Assembly (NCBI GenBank): GCA_000166095.1
Contig: CP002278.1
Span: 630,001-662,000 of the forward strand
Direction of reading: 5' to 3'
Length of the DNA: 32,000 nt
Source: Methanothermus fervidus DSM 2088
GTDB lineage: Archaea > Methanobacteriota > Methanobacteria > DSM-2088 > Methanothermaceae
In this document: positions 11,603 through 20,363 of the stretch, one piece after another
Position numbering within the stretch: position 1 is the first letter of the stretch
Layout of the letters: each line of letters starts with the position of its first letter
Made by a program: the position numbers and the translations under genes
The notes under the pieces: model-generated
Databases searched by the model: none
Seen by the model: only the letters and a program-made list of their open reading frames with translations
What the model was told of the DNA's origin: nothing

Positions 11603-11960
11603 AATATTTGTTAGTGCGAAAATAAATCCTACTGAAGATAAAGAAAAGGTTAAGAAAGCTATTAATAACATATTTCCTTTAAAACTTGAAATTAACGATG
11701 AAATTAAGGGTAAGGGAGATTTAAGTTGTTTATTAAAACTTAAAGAAATGTTAGCTGAAAGAAAAATTAGAGATAGTGTTAGGCAATTATTGTTAAATAA
11801 TAAAATAGGTAATAAAACTTATTTTTATGTGAATAAACAGGCAGCTTTTGTGAACATTGTCAATATAAGTGATGAGGAGTTATCTCCCTTAGGTGATATA
11901 AAAGTTGAAATAAGAAGTGATGATATCGATAAAATTATTGATTGGCTTACAGAGCATTAA
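11592..11960 (+). CDS. UPF0201-family RNA-binding-like protein (COG1325)
   Basis: 122 aa; VSAKINPTEDKEKVKKAINNIFP...IRDSVRQLLL...INKQAA-like region as in this archaeal family. Confidence 0.75.
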   Translation: MNGEIFVSAKINPTEDKEKVKKAINNIFPLKLEINDEIKGKGDLSCLLKLKEMLAERKIRDSVRQLLLNNKIGNKTYFYVNKQAAFVNIVNISDEELSPLGDIKVEIRSDDIDKIIDWLTEH

Positions 11961-12638
11961 TTACGATTTCTTTACTAGTTTAGCTTCTTCTATTCTTAGA
12001 ATTCCATGATAATTAAACCATTCTTTTTTTGCTTTAACAATTTTTATTTTCTTTTTAAATATAGGACAATCTAAAACTAAAGTCTCAGCTTCTCCTCCTT
12101 CAAAAGCTATATGTATTCCATATTTTTTATTAAGTTCTAAAATATCTTCTAATGTTTTATAATTTAATTCTTTTCCTAGCCACGATTTATCAAAACCTTC
12201 TGCAGAAACAGAAGTTATAATAACTTTAAAATTTCTTTTTATTATTTTTTCCATGTAATCTAAAGGATCTACCTGCCAGAAAGGTGCTTTAGCTTTGATA
12301 CCTAAGCGTTTACATACTTTATATACCCTTGACCTTTGGTAATTTGATTCTAGCCCTCCAAAATATAATACGTCAATGTCTAATTTTTTTAAAGCTTTCT
12401 CTAAATCTTTTACTTCTTTTTCTTTTTCTCCTTTTGTTTTTACTTGTATTAGAGGAATTCCAACAGCTTTTGACGATAATTTAGTTAATTCAATGTTTGG
12501 AACATGAAACATGTATGATTCTGGATTTTCTGGGAATACAGAAATAAGATATTTTACTTCTTCAGTTTTAGATTTTAAAGCTTCATATAGAGCCATGGTA
12601 CTATCCTTACCACCTGAATACAATACTCCTGCTTTCAT
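11961..12638 (-). CDS. DPH6-like ATP pyrophosphatase / predicted diphthine--ammonia ligase (COG2102)
   Basis: 225 aa; PP-loop YSGGKDSTMAL, LYFGG...YQRSRVYKVCKRLGIKAKAPFW, HIAFEGGEAETLVLDCPIF. Confidence 0.88.
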   Translation of the reverse strand: MKAGVLYSGGKDSTMALYEALKSKTEEVKYLISVFPENPESYMFHVPNIELTKLSSKAVGIPLIQVKTKGEKEKEVKDLEKALKKLDIDVLYFGGLESNYQRSRVYKVCKRLGIKAKAPFWQVDPLDYMEKIIKRNFKVIITSVSAEGFDKSWLGKELNYKTLEDILELNKKYGIHIAFEGGEAETLVLDCPIFKKKIKIVKAKKEWFNYHGILRIEEAKLVKKS

Positions 12639-13414
12639 TTTACTTTAATTCTCCTAACAGTTCTTATTATTGCATCTGAAAAAATTCCAGCAATTGCAAC
12701 TAAAATACCTAAAATTCCTGAAAATAAAACAATCTGTGATTTTGGTGGCATCATAGATTTCACATTTTTAACCTTTTCTTCAACCGGTCCATGGATTCCT
12801 GTAACTATAACATTTTCAGCTGATAACATGTCCAAAACATTGTCAACTTTTGATGCATCAACAGTAATGCATGCATTCACTCTACTAGATTTTGTATATA
12901 TGCCTCCTGTATAAATTAGCCAGTCAGATATTTTTTTTGTTATATTGTTTGGATCTCCACCTTCAGTTTTAATGATGATTTTGCCATTTGAATATACTTG
13001 CCAATCTTTTATATGAGGATCTAAATATTTTAATTTGCTTTCTATAAATTGTTTTCTTTGTTGTGAGAATGGGTCGGTATGCATTATAATCCCTGTTGTA
13101 GAAATATTATGTACTCCTGGTGTGGATTTGATTTTTGAAACAATTGAACCTATATCTACACCAGTAGGTATTTCTACCGTTATAGTTTCAGTTGCATGTA
13201 TTGTGTATTGATAATAGCCCCGTACTAATGATGGAATGTCTGTATAAATAGGTAGTAGTAGGAAAGCACCTCCAACACAACCTAAAATAAAGCTTGTAAT
13301 AAATGCAAATATGATGTTTTTCTTTGAATATGGTATTAGAGAAGCTACTGAAAAAATGAAAAGCATCAACAGAATGTAAATTATAATTATCAATGTTGTA
13401 ATCAATATGTTCAT
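12635..13414 (-). CDS. Uncharacterised membrane protein (N-terminal two TM segments, soluble domain, C-terminal TM)
   Basis: 259 aa; hydrophobic segments at N-terminus and near C-terminus (IVLFSGILGILVAIAGIFSDAI); overlaps the ATP pyrophosphatase start by 4 nt. Confidence 0.6.
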   Translation of the reverse strand: MNILITTLIIIIYILLMLFIFSVASLIPYSKKNIIFAFITSFILGCVGGAFLLLPIYTDIPSLVRGYYQYTIHATETITVEIPTGVDIGSIVSKIKSTPGVHNISTTGIIMHTDPFSQQRKQFIESKLKYLDPHIKDWQVYSNGKIIIKTEGGDPNNITKKISDWLIYTGGIYTKSSRVNACITVDASKVDNVLDMLSAENVIVTGIHGPVEEKVKNVKSMMPPKSQIVLFSGILGILVAIAGIFSDAIIRTVRRIKVK

Positions 13415-13425
13415 TGTTTACCTCC

Positions 13426-13824
13426 TTAACTAATCTTTGTGAAAATTATTTTATCGCTATTTTGATCATATATTATTTCCCATGTCTCACCTGGATTCAT
13501 GCTAGTAGGTGAAATTAAGTTTGAGTTTTCAGGTATAATATCTATTTTTGTAATGTTGTTGACATAAACACCAGTATCATTTACAGTTATTGTGTAGTTT
13601 CCATCCGGTAATGTGATATTAACCATGTAGCCAGGTCCATTAGTGTACACTAAATTTATGGTTTCAGCTACTTTTTCTCCTGCCATCCTGGCTATACCTG
13701 TTTTACTTACTTCAGTACTATTTAATTCTGAATTTATGAAATATCCTATTCCAGAAATAATTATAGTTGCAATAAGTATGGTTAGAATTATATCTCCACT
13801 TAACACTTCACCTTTTTCATCCAT
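13426..13824 (-). CDS. Small type IV pilin-like secreted protein
   Basis: 132 aa; N-terminus MDEKGEVLSGDIILTILIATIIISGIGYFI (charged leader, KG, hydrophobic helix), then beta-rich Asn-rich domain with LVYTNGPGY. Confidence 0.65.
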   Translation of the reverse strand: MDEKGEVLSGDIILTILIATIIISGIGYFINSELNSTEVSKTGIARMAGEKVAETINLVYTNGPGYMVNITLPDGNYTITVNDTGVYVNNITKIDIIPENSNLISPTSMNPGETWEIIYDQNSDKIIFTKIS

Positions 13825-13836
13825 AGCTAATTCTCC

Positions 13837-15003
13837 TTAAGGTAATCCTAGGTGTTTAAAGTAATTTTTATAATTTGAGGATAAACAAAAAACATAACCA
13901 TAGGGATCATATACATAACGGTATCCTGGTGGAAGCAAACCTGAAGGTAAAAGGAAAAATCTAACATTTGCATCGTTGTCATATGCTACTCCAAAACCTA
14001 ACACTCCATTAAAGTATTCATGATCTATTTTTGAAATAGCGGGGGATGAATCAATTTGTATAACTCCTGGTTTACTTTTATAATCGAGAGGATCACCTAA
14101 AATAAATGTACTTATTCTACCTTTACCATTAGGGCATGTTTTATTTTCTAATCTATCAAAAAATGATAAACCCTGAGGATCATAGAAATAATAAGGTCTT
14201 GATCTATTCAATAAGTTACTTGGGTTATTTGTTCCATTTAAATAATCCCAAAGATGCTGTAATTTGCCTGCACTATCCACATAATCATCAAAATGATAGT
14301 CACTTATGATCATTCCTCCAGGGCCAAAATAGCTAGAATAGTAAGGACTACGCCAGATGACATTACTTTGCCTACATTTAGTGTTTATCCAAATATAAGG
14401 ATCATCTAATCCTTCAATAGAGACATACACATCTATAGGTTCTGTATATCCTTCAAATGCTTGATTTTGTTGCACAACTTTAATTTTTGCAGAAGGGATG
14501 TGTACATAAAAACCAAAAGGTTCAGAGTCTGTTTGATAAATATAAACATCGTTAATATCAAAAACAGCTTGTGTATAATTATCTACAAGTATATCGTTAA
14601 TATATATTTGCCTTCCAGTTTCATTTTCTAATTTTCTACATAAATCTATAGTTCCGTTGTTTAGTGCATTAACAATCAATTTCCTAACATATAAAACACT
14701 ATTATCGGTACTTGTATCATTATAATAACTACGTGGCTGGAAAAATCGTCGTTCGTCTATAACTTTACGAGTAGCATTATAAGCCGCATTACGACCTGCA
14801 TCTTTCACAGCTTTTTGTAAATAAGATTGTATATTATCAGCTACTTTTATAGTTACGTCTCCGCCAATTGCTATAGCTATAATTCTATTAGCTTCATCAA
14901 CTATATGACCATACGCAACAGCTAATAATATGATTGGTATAAGTATTAGAACTGCAAGTGGTGTAAAGGCATATCCTCTATTATCCAAAATTAATCCCTC
15001 CAA
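13837..15003 (-). CDS. Pilin-like surface/secreted protein
   Basis: 388 aa; MEGLILDNRGYAFTPLAVLILIPIILLAVAYG leader and single N-terminal helix, then large Tyr/Asn-rich soluble domain. Confidence 0.6.
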   Translation of the reverse strand: MEGLILDNRGYAFTPLAVLILIPIILLAVAYGHIVDEANRIIAIAIGGDVTIKVADNIQSYLQKAVKDAGRNAAYNATRKVIDERRFFQPRSYYNDTSTDNSVLYVRKLIVNALNNGTIDLCRKLENETGRQIYINDILVDNYTQAVFDINDVYIYQTDSEPFGFYVHIPSAKIKVVQQNQAFEGYTEPIDVYVSIEGLDDPYIWINTKCRQSNVIWRSPYYSSYFGPGGMIISDYHFDDYVDSAGKLQHLWDYLNGTNNPSNLLNRSRPYYFYDPQGLSFFDRLENKTCPNGKGRISTFILGDPLDYKSKPGVIQIDSSPAISKIDHEYFNGVLGFGVAYDNDANVRFFLLPSGLLPPGYRYVYDPYGYVFCLSSNYKNYFKHLGLP

Positions 15004-17027
15004 AGATCTAATCTTACAGGGATAGCATTAGGTAAATTTCCAGTGTATAAAGCTTCTGCCTGTATAGCGTTTGGATCCACATTATACCCTGCACTTTGAA
15101 GTTTTTGTATTAAATTTTGTTTTGCATTTTCTATGGCTCCACTTGCAGTTTCATTAAATGATGTTGCCCATACGTGAGTAAATGTCGTATATATCACAGC
15201 AACCCTAGTACCTGAAAATATCTCAGCATAATTATCTCCAGATTCCCATCCCCGACTTGGACCATAAACTGTAACCCTAACATAGTAATCTCCTGGATTA
15301 CAGGTGTAATTGTCAGGGGTTCCACCACTTGTCAATATATTGTAGTTATTTTGCCTATCTATTGAACCAAGATCTATTGCAAACTGTGGCATGCCATCAT
15401 AGTATAGTTTGTATTGACCAGTTTTTGGATCTTTAACTTCAACAGTTACTCTCTTTGTATCTAAACCAACTCCCATGAATAGGTATATTCTCTTTGCATC
15501 CTGACCAACAGATATCAACCTTTCTTGTGTATTTATATTAGTATCGCTTTGATAGCTATTAAATGGGAAATTCAGCCATTTAACTCCAAGTGAACTATAA
15601 GATACTGAGACATATGAATTCACAAGTCCTACAAAATCATAATCTCCGCCTGGAGCATAATCCCATATAGTTACACGTACCCTATTGTTAACTCCTGCCT
15701 TGAGCTTATCTCCAATATAAATAATCCCTGGTAAATTACCATATCCATCTCCTACTGCACTATAACTTGTTCCATTGTAATTAAAAGAACAGAATACTAC
15801 CTGCCACCCTTCACCATTATTAACTTCAACAACTGCACCATCAACAGATCCATATGGATTTAAGACAACATAGGCATCATGAACTGTTACATTACTAGGT
15901 ATTGGGACATCTGTAACACTGCAGACAGCAGATCCTTCAGTTGTGGAAGAAGGAATATCTCTAAGTCTAAAGACTTGATTTTCTGCATTTGGATTATCCT
16001 TACCTATCAAATCATTCCAGGATATTGTTAATGCTGGAGCAGAAGTTAATTTCCCAGTATTTAAGTCAAAGAAATATCTACTTGTTGGAGCTCCAATACC
16101 AGCTAAATCTTGCAATGGAAATGTTTGAAATGTTACAGTCTTTGGGACTTTTATTGTTGTTGTGTAATTTGCAATCAATGAGAACCATGGCATGTCATAC
16201 GAATATGAACTCATATTTAAAAAAGCAACATAAAATGAATTGTTACCAGGTATTAAGCGAGTTGCATTTCCATAATACATGTAGAAATACCATATATTGG
16301 AATAGTAAAGATATTTAAACGCTGATTTATATGCATAATTATTTTGACCATTTAAAACTAAATTTGCAGAAAATCTGTCATTATTATTACAAGCACTACC
16401 AATAATCCATTTAACAGAGTTTATGGTTGTATTTTGTGGGAGTGAACAATTTATTGGAACTGGTCTTTTCCACCTATCACAACCCCAATAAGGATAGTTA
16501 TAAAGCCCTCCATATCTCCAAGGATTAAAATTAGTAAGCCAGTTATGGAAATTCCAAACTGTTGTTGTAGTATTAATCTGTTTATCTTCAAAAGGAACTT
16601 CTGGAATATAATACCATGCTCTTCCTAACCAACCTTCCTGTGGAGCAGAAACAACCTTAACTCTTGATGCAACATCCTTATGTACTAAACCAGGGATATC
16701 CTTACGAGCAACTTCATGACCATCTATCAAAAATCTATATCCAATATCAGGATATAAAGTCTCATTAAGCTTAGTTCCTATAATATACCCTGCTCCTGTG
16801 ACATTGCCATTACTATACTTAACAGCTGCAGTTATTAAGCTTCCATCTTGTTCTAGAATATTTAATGTGTCTGCTGCTATATCACTCAAACGTTGCTGAT
16901 CACTGCCTATGTATTCAGGTAAAACATAATAATTGAGGATTGAAGTTAGAAATATAAAGACAATTGTAAGAGCAATAATTGAATCAGTTGTAAATATTAA
17001 GCCTTTTTCATCCAACATTGACACCAT
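14991..17027 (-). CDS. Large pilin-like surface protein (candidate adhesin or minor pilin with extended ectodomain)
   Basis: 678 aa; MLDEKGLIFTTDSIIALTIVFIFLTSILNYY leader, long Asn/Tyr-rich beta ectodomain. The ATG at about 17018 has the better upstream GGTG. Confidence 0.6.
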   Translation of the reverse strand: MVSMLDEKGLIFTTDSIIALTIVFIFLTSILNYYVLPEYIGSDQQRLSDIAADTLNILEQDGSLITAAVKYSNGNVTGAGYIIGTKLNETLYPDIGYRFLIDGHEVARKDIPGLVHKDVASRVKVVSAPQEGWLGRAWYYIPEVPFEDKQINTTTTVWNFHNWLTNFNPWRYGGLYNYPYWGCDRWKRPVPINCSLPQNTTINSVKWIIGSACNNNDRFSANLVLNGQNNYAYKSAFKYLYYSNIWYFYMYYGNATRLIPGNNSFYVAFLNMSSYSYDMPWFSLIANYTTTIKVPKTVTFQTFPLQDLAGIGAPTSRYFFDLNTGKLTSAPALTISWNDLIGKDNPNAENQVFRLRDIPSSTTEGSAVCSVTDVPIPSNVTVHDAYVVLNPYGSVDGAVVEVNNGEGWQVVFCSFNYNGTSYSAVGDGYGNLPGIIYIGDKLKAGVNNRVRVTIWDYAPGGDYDFVGLVNSYVSVSYSSLGVKWLNFPFNSYQSDTNINTQERLISVGQDAKRIYLFMGVGLDTKRVTVEVKDPKTGQYKLYYDGMPQFAIDLGSIDRQNNYNILTSGGTPDNYTCNPGDYYVRVTVYGPSRGWESGDNYAEIFSGTRVAVIYTTFTHVWATSFNETASGAIENAKQNLIQKLQSAGYNVDPNAIQAEALYTGNLPNAIPVRLDLWRD

Positions 17028-17035
17028 ATTTATTT

Positions 17036-17884
17036 TTAATGTTTAGGCCATACAAACAATTCTAGTCTTGCATTTACTTCTTCAATATACTCTAACTTAA
17101 TCATATTTTTTTCAGTGCCCTTTGGAACTTTTACAATGTAAAAATCCATGGTAGCATTTTTCGTTGCATCTAAAGTGTTTATAATAACTGAATTGGAACC
17201 GCTTTTTAAATAAGTGCTATTTATCTGCACTGGCGTATCGTTGAGATTTGTCTTATCTACAACTATATGACCATTAATATGGACCATAACATTAGTATAT
17301 CCATTATTCTTAATTAATATCCAATAATCATAATTATTTAATTCTGTATCAGAAATTGTGAAATATGTTATATATGGTTCTGGGGCTCCTTTCCATCTAA
17401 TAACATTAACTAGTGAGACTACAACATCTATTGGATATCTATTTACTCGTACTTCTCTTTCAACACGGTAAATATTAGGTACATTACTTGGAGGTGATCC
17501 TAAATCTCTAATAACTGTATTGTTATGATCTACAACCCTCAAATAAAAATCATATTGTGATCCCAGCATATTTTGCACTTGTTCTTTTCTTAGTGCAAAT
17601 AATTTAAAACTTGATAAATGATTTTTTTCAACCACATTATTTCTTACAATTGCTAAACCAGGGATTCCTTGTCCAGTTAAATACCAATCTGGTGGTCTTC
17701 CAGGAGTTTCGACTAATGCATCTGCAACATTGGTTGCTGCTCTATCAATGGATGCATGAAACACTGTTAATTGAGAAAGATAAAATAAATTATCCATAGC
17801 TACAGTTGCCATGCCAAAAATTATTGTCAGTGGTATTAAAGCCAATAATAAATCACTACTTAATACAATGCCTCTTTCTTCCAT
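17036..17884 (-). CDS. Pilin-like surface/secreted protein
   Basis: 282 aa; MEERGIVLSSDLLLALIPLTIIFGMATVAMDNLFYL leader, then soluble domain; first gene of the pilin-like operon. Confidence 0.6.
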   Translation of the reverse strand: MEERGIVLSSDLLLALIPLTIIFGMATVAMDNLFYLSQLTVFHASIDRAATNVADALVETPGRPPDWYLTGQGIPGLAIVRNNVVEKNHLSSFKLFALRKEQVQNMLGSQYDFYLRVVDHNNTVIRDLGSPPSNVPNIYRVEREVRVNRYPIDVVVSLVNVIRWKGAPEPYITYFTISDTELNNYDYWILIKNNGYTNVMVHINGHIVVDKTNLNDTPVQINSTYLKSGSNSVIINTLDATKNATMDFYIVKVPKGTEKNMIKLEYIEEVNARLELFVWPKH

Positions 17885-17906
17885 ACATGTACAATTTTTT
17901 TGAATT

Positions 17907-17928
17907 TTAATATATAATCTTTTTTATT
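17907..17928 (-). promoter_or_regulatory. Predicted promoter of the pilin-like operon
   Basis: Minus strand AATAAAAAAGATTATATATTAA: A-rich BRE-like element and TATA (TTATATA at 17917-17911), centred about 30 nt upstream of the ATG at 17884, implying a very short leader. Confidence 0.5.
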
Positions 17929-18149
17929 TAACTCCATCAGCTGGAAGTCTCCATATGAATGTATAGATATGGAATTAAAAAGCATTTACATCAAAAGGGC
18001 TAAGCTATGGAAATAAGTTAAGAATTTATATAATCATGAGAATAAAAATAAGGAAAAAGTCTGTTTGAGAGAAGACATTTACTTAAAGAATAATTTTATA
18101 TAGAGAAATGGTCTCTAGCAAGTTTTCTTGATGAAGCAAAAGTGAGGAG

Positions 18150-18938
18150 TTATATTTTACCAATTATTTTAGTAGGTTTGTTTCCTTTCACAGATAATCT
18201 TCCACCTTCTACTTTCAATTTAACAATTTCACCTTCTTTAACATCAAAATTTCCCTTCTCAACAATATATATATCAGGTAACACATTAGCTCTAATATCA
18301 TAATCTACCTTAACATGCACTGTGTTTTTCCCAACTTCCACAACTTCACCATAAGTATAGTTCCTATAATATTTAATCCTAAAAACATAATACATGAGTA
18401 AAACAAGGAATATTGAAAATAGGATTAAAGTAATTGATGGAAAATATTGAAATGGTGCATATAACACAAAGAGAGGATTATCAGCAATCATAACAAGAAA
18501 AATACCTATTCCTACATAACTCAAGAAAAAATTACGGTATACTTCATAATCCTGAGGATACATAACTCTAATTTGATATTTTAAAATATAATAAATGAGA
18601 CAAATAGTTGCAATGCCAAGGAATAAATATAAGGGTAATGAAAGGTAATTAAAAATGTATAAGATTGATAACAAAACAAAAGTTATTGAAAGAATTTGTA
18701 ACTTAAAAACAGTCTTTTCCTTCTCTTTAATATCCATGATCTTAATGTCTTTAACTATTATTTCTCCTTCATCCTTGTTTTTATTCATTTCCCATTTATT
18801 TTGGAATTTCTTAAACTCTCTTCCTAACTCTCTAATATTTATTCTTTTTATTTTATTTGGTAAATTTACAATTTCAATGACTATAGTTCCCACCAATGAA
18901 CATAATTTCAGAAAATATTCACCTATTTTTGATAACAT
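18150..18938 (-). CDS. Predicted membrane protein, possibly DUF2101-like
   Basis: 262 aa; soluble N-terminus, four predicted hydrophobic segments, C-terminal beta-rich domain YTYGEVVEVGKNTVHVKVDYDIRANV. Confidence 0.55.
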   Translation of the reverse strand: MLSKIGEYFLKLCSLVGTIVIEIVNLPNKIKRINIRELGREFKKFQNKWEMNKNKDEGEIIVKDIKIMDIKEKEKTVFKLQILSITFVLLSILYIFNYLSLPLYLFLGIATICLIYYILKYQIRVMYPQDYEVYRNFFLSYVGIGIFLVMIADNPLFVLYAPFQYFPSITLILFSIFLVLLMYYVFRIKYYRNYTYGEVVEVGKNTVHVKVDYDIRANVLPDIYIVEKGNFDVKEGEIVKLKVEGGRLSVKGNKPTKIIGKI

Positions 18939-18965
18939 TGGACCACCTTTATCTTTGCATAACCT

Positions 18966-19418
18966 TTATACCTTACTAATAGTAATGGATCCTCCTATTG
19001 GCCACTCAACAACAACTGTATTCCAACCTTTATTAAGTTGGATGGGAGGAACATTTGTGAGAGGAATATTTGTGAAATTATACTGAGTAAATGTTGTTAC
19101 ATTGTGAGGCCCGTCACTACATGTTACCTGTAATGTAACATTGTTTCCACTAACAGTTAAGTTTGTGGTATCAGGTACATAAACAGTGACAGTCCTTTTG
19201 GCTCCTGGACCATTTGAATAGACAACATCAAGTGCATGGGCAATCTCTTGAGCAGCTACCTTAGCATCCGATACTTTTGAAATGTCCATACTTGCATCTA
19301 TAGATTTTCCAATCATGGGGATCATCACATATACCAAAATAAAAAATAAAAGTGCTATAATAAGAATATATTCAACTGAGACTATTTGACCTTTTGAATT
19401 CATAAAATCGCCAACCAA
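18966..19418 (-). CDS. Class III signal peptide-containing pilin-like protein
   Basis: 150 aa ORF from TTG; more likely start is ATG at 19403 (MNSKGQIVSVEYILIIALLFFILVYVMIP). KG|QxxSVEY resembles euryarchaeal class III prepilin sites. Confidence 0.7.
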   Translation of the reverse strand: MVGDFMNSKGQIVSVEYILIIALLFFILVYVMIPMIGKSIDASMDISKVSDAKVAAQEIAHALDVVYSNGPGAKRTVTVYVPDTTNLTVSGNNVTLQVTCSDGPHNVTTFTQYNFTNIPLTNVPPIQLNKGWNTVVVEWPIGGSITISKV

Positions 19419-19419
19419 A

Positions 19420-20343
19420 TCATGTATATTCTTTTCTTTCCCTTACAAGTTTTAAAAGTTCAGCAGGAGTATCTATATCCTCAATTTCATATTGCCTAAT
19501 AACAGGGACTCCCTTAAGAGATTCCTTCACATTTTCACTTTTCATAATAAAAGCTGCAAGAGACCCTGCTACTAATGAAATATCTTTAAGTGAGGATGCC
19601 AATTTTAACAATCTACTTTCACTTCTATTCTTCTCTAAACCTGTGATCAATGTTTCGTTTCTTTTTTTACCAAAGTTTGCTAATGCATCAAAAGGTGTCC
19701 TTCCTGTTTTAATGAAACTAAATCTGGAAAATTTTATCTTGTTCTTATTTTCATACTTTAAATTTTCAGGGACTTGGAAAACATCTATTGAAAATGTTAT
19801 TTTACAACCTAAATATTTTTCTAGAGCTAAGGCAACATCAAGAGACATTCTCCCCAATCCTCTTTCATATTTATATATAGATTCTCTAGACACGTTTATA
19901 TGATCTGCAAGATCTTTTAAAGATAAACCAAGTTTTTCTCTAACCCTACGTAATTTTCTTCCATCAATGTTTACGTAATACCCGCCCCTATCTGCAAATA
20001 TCTCTGGATACTCTCCTTCAGCTATTATCCTTTTTAATGTATTAACACTTGATGCAGGAATTCCATATCTGGTATAAATCACGCCATCTTCTAAAGGTTT
20101 ATCTTTTGATCTTATACCAACCAAAAATGGTGAGGCTAGAAGGTTTGAAGCAACCTTTTTCATTTCATTAGCTTGTATTTCATTGAATGAATTTATATTT
20201 ACAAGTACTTTCAATAACAATAATAATAGTTCTTTCCGTGCTAAAAAATCGAAACAACTTCTTTCATATATTCTTGATACTTCAAAACCCTGGTCAATGA
20301 AAAAATTATACATGTCTTCGATAAGCTTTACTCTAGATTCCAT
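19420..20343 (-). CDS. Archaeal HTH (Cro/C1/XRE-like) transcriptional regulator, COG1395-type
   Basis: 307 aa; HTH LRRVREKLGLSLKDLADHINVSRESIYKYERG in the middle of a conserved archaeal regulator architecture. Confidence 0.85.
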   Translation of the reverse strand: MESRVKLIEDMYNFFIDQGFEVSRIYERSCFDFLARKELLLLLLKVLVNINSFNEIQANEMKKVASNLLASPFLVGIRSKDKPLEDGVIYTRYGIPASSVNTLKRIIAEGEYPEIFADRGGYYVNIDGRKLRRVREKLGLSLKDLADHINVSRESIYKYERGLGRMSLDVALALEKYLGCKITFSIDVFQVPENLKYENKNKIKFSRFSFIKTGRTPFDALANFGKKRNETLITGLEKNRSESRLLKLASSLKDISLVAGSLAAFIMKSENVKESLKGVPVIRQYEIEDIDTPAELLKLVRERKEYT

Positions 20344-20348
20344 AATTT

Positions 20349-20360
20349 ATCACCGGTGAT
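20349..20360. promoter_or_regulatory. Perfect 12-bp palindrome ATCACCGGTGAT between divergent start codons
   Basis: Direct reading of 20341-20366; each half contains GGTGAT, usable as a Shine-Dalgarno for one of the two divergent genes. Confidence 0.75.
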
Positions 20361-20363
20361 CAT

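Noticed and set aside
18655-19086. 143 aa plus-strand ORF spanning the junction of two minus-strand genes
   Set aside because: Antisense to the membrane protein and the class III pilin-like gene; sequence is low-complexity and has no recognised motif.
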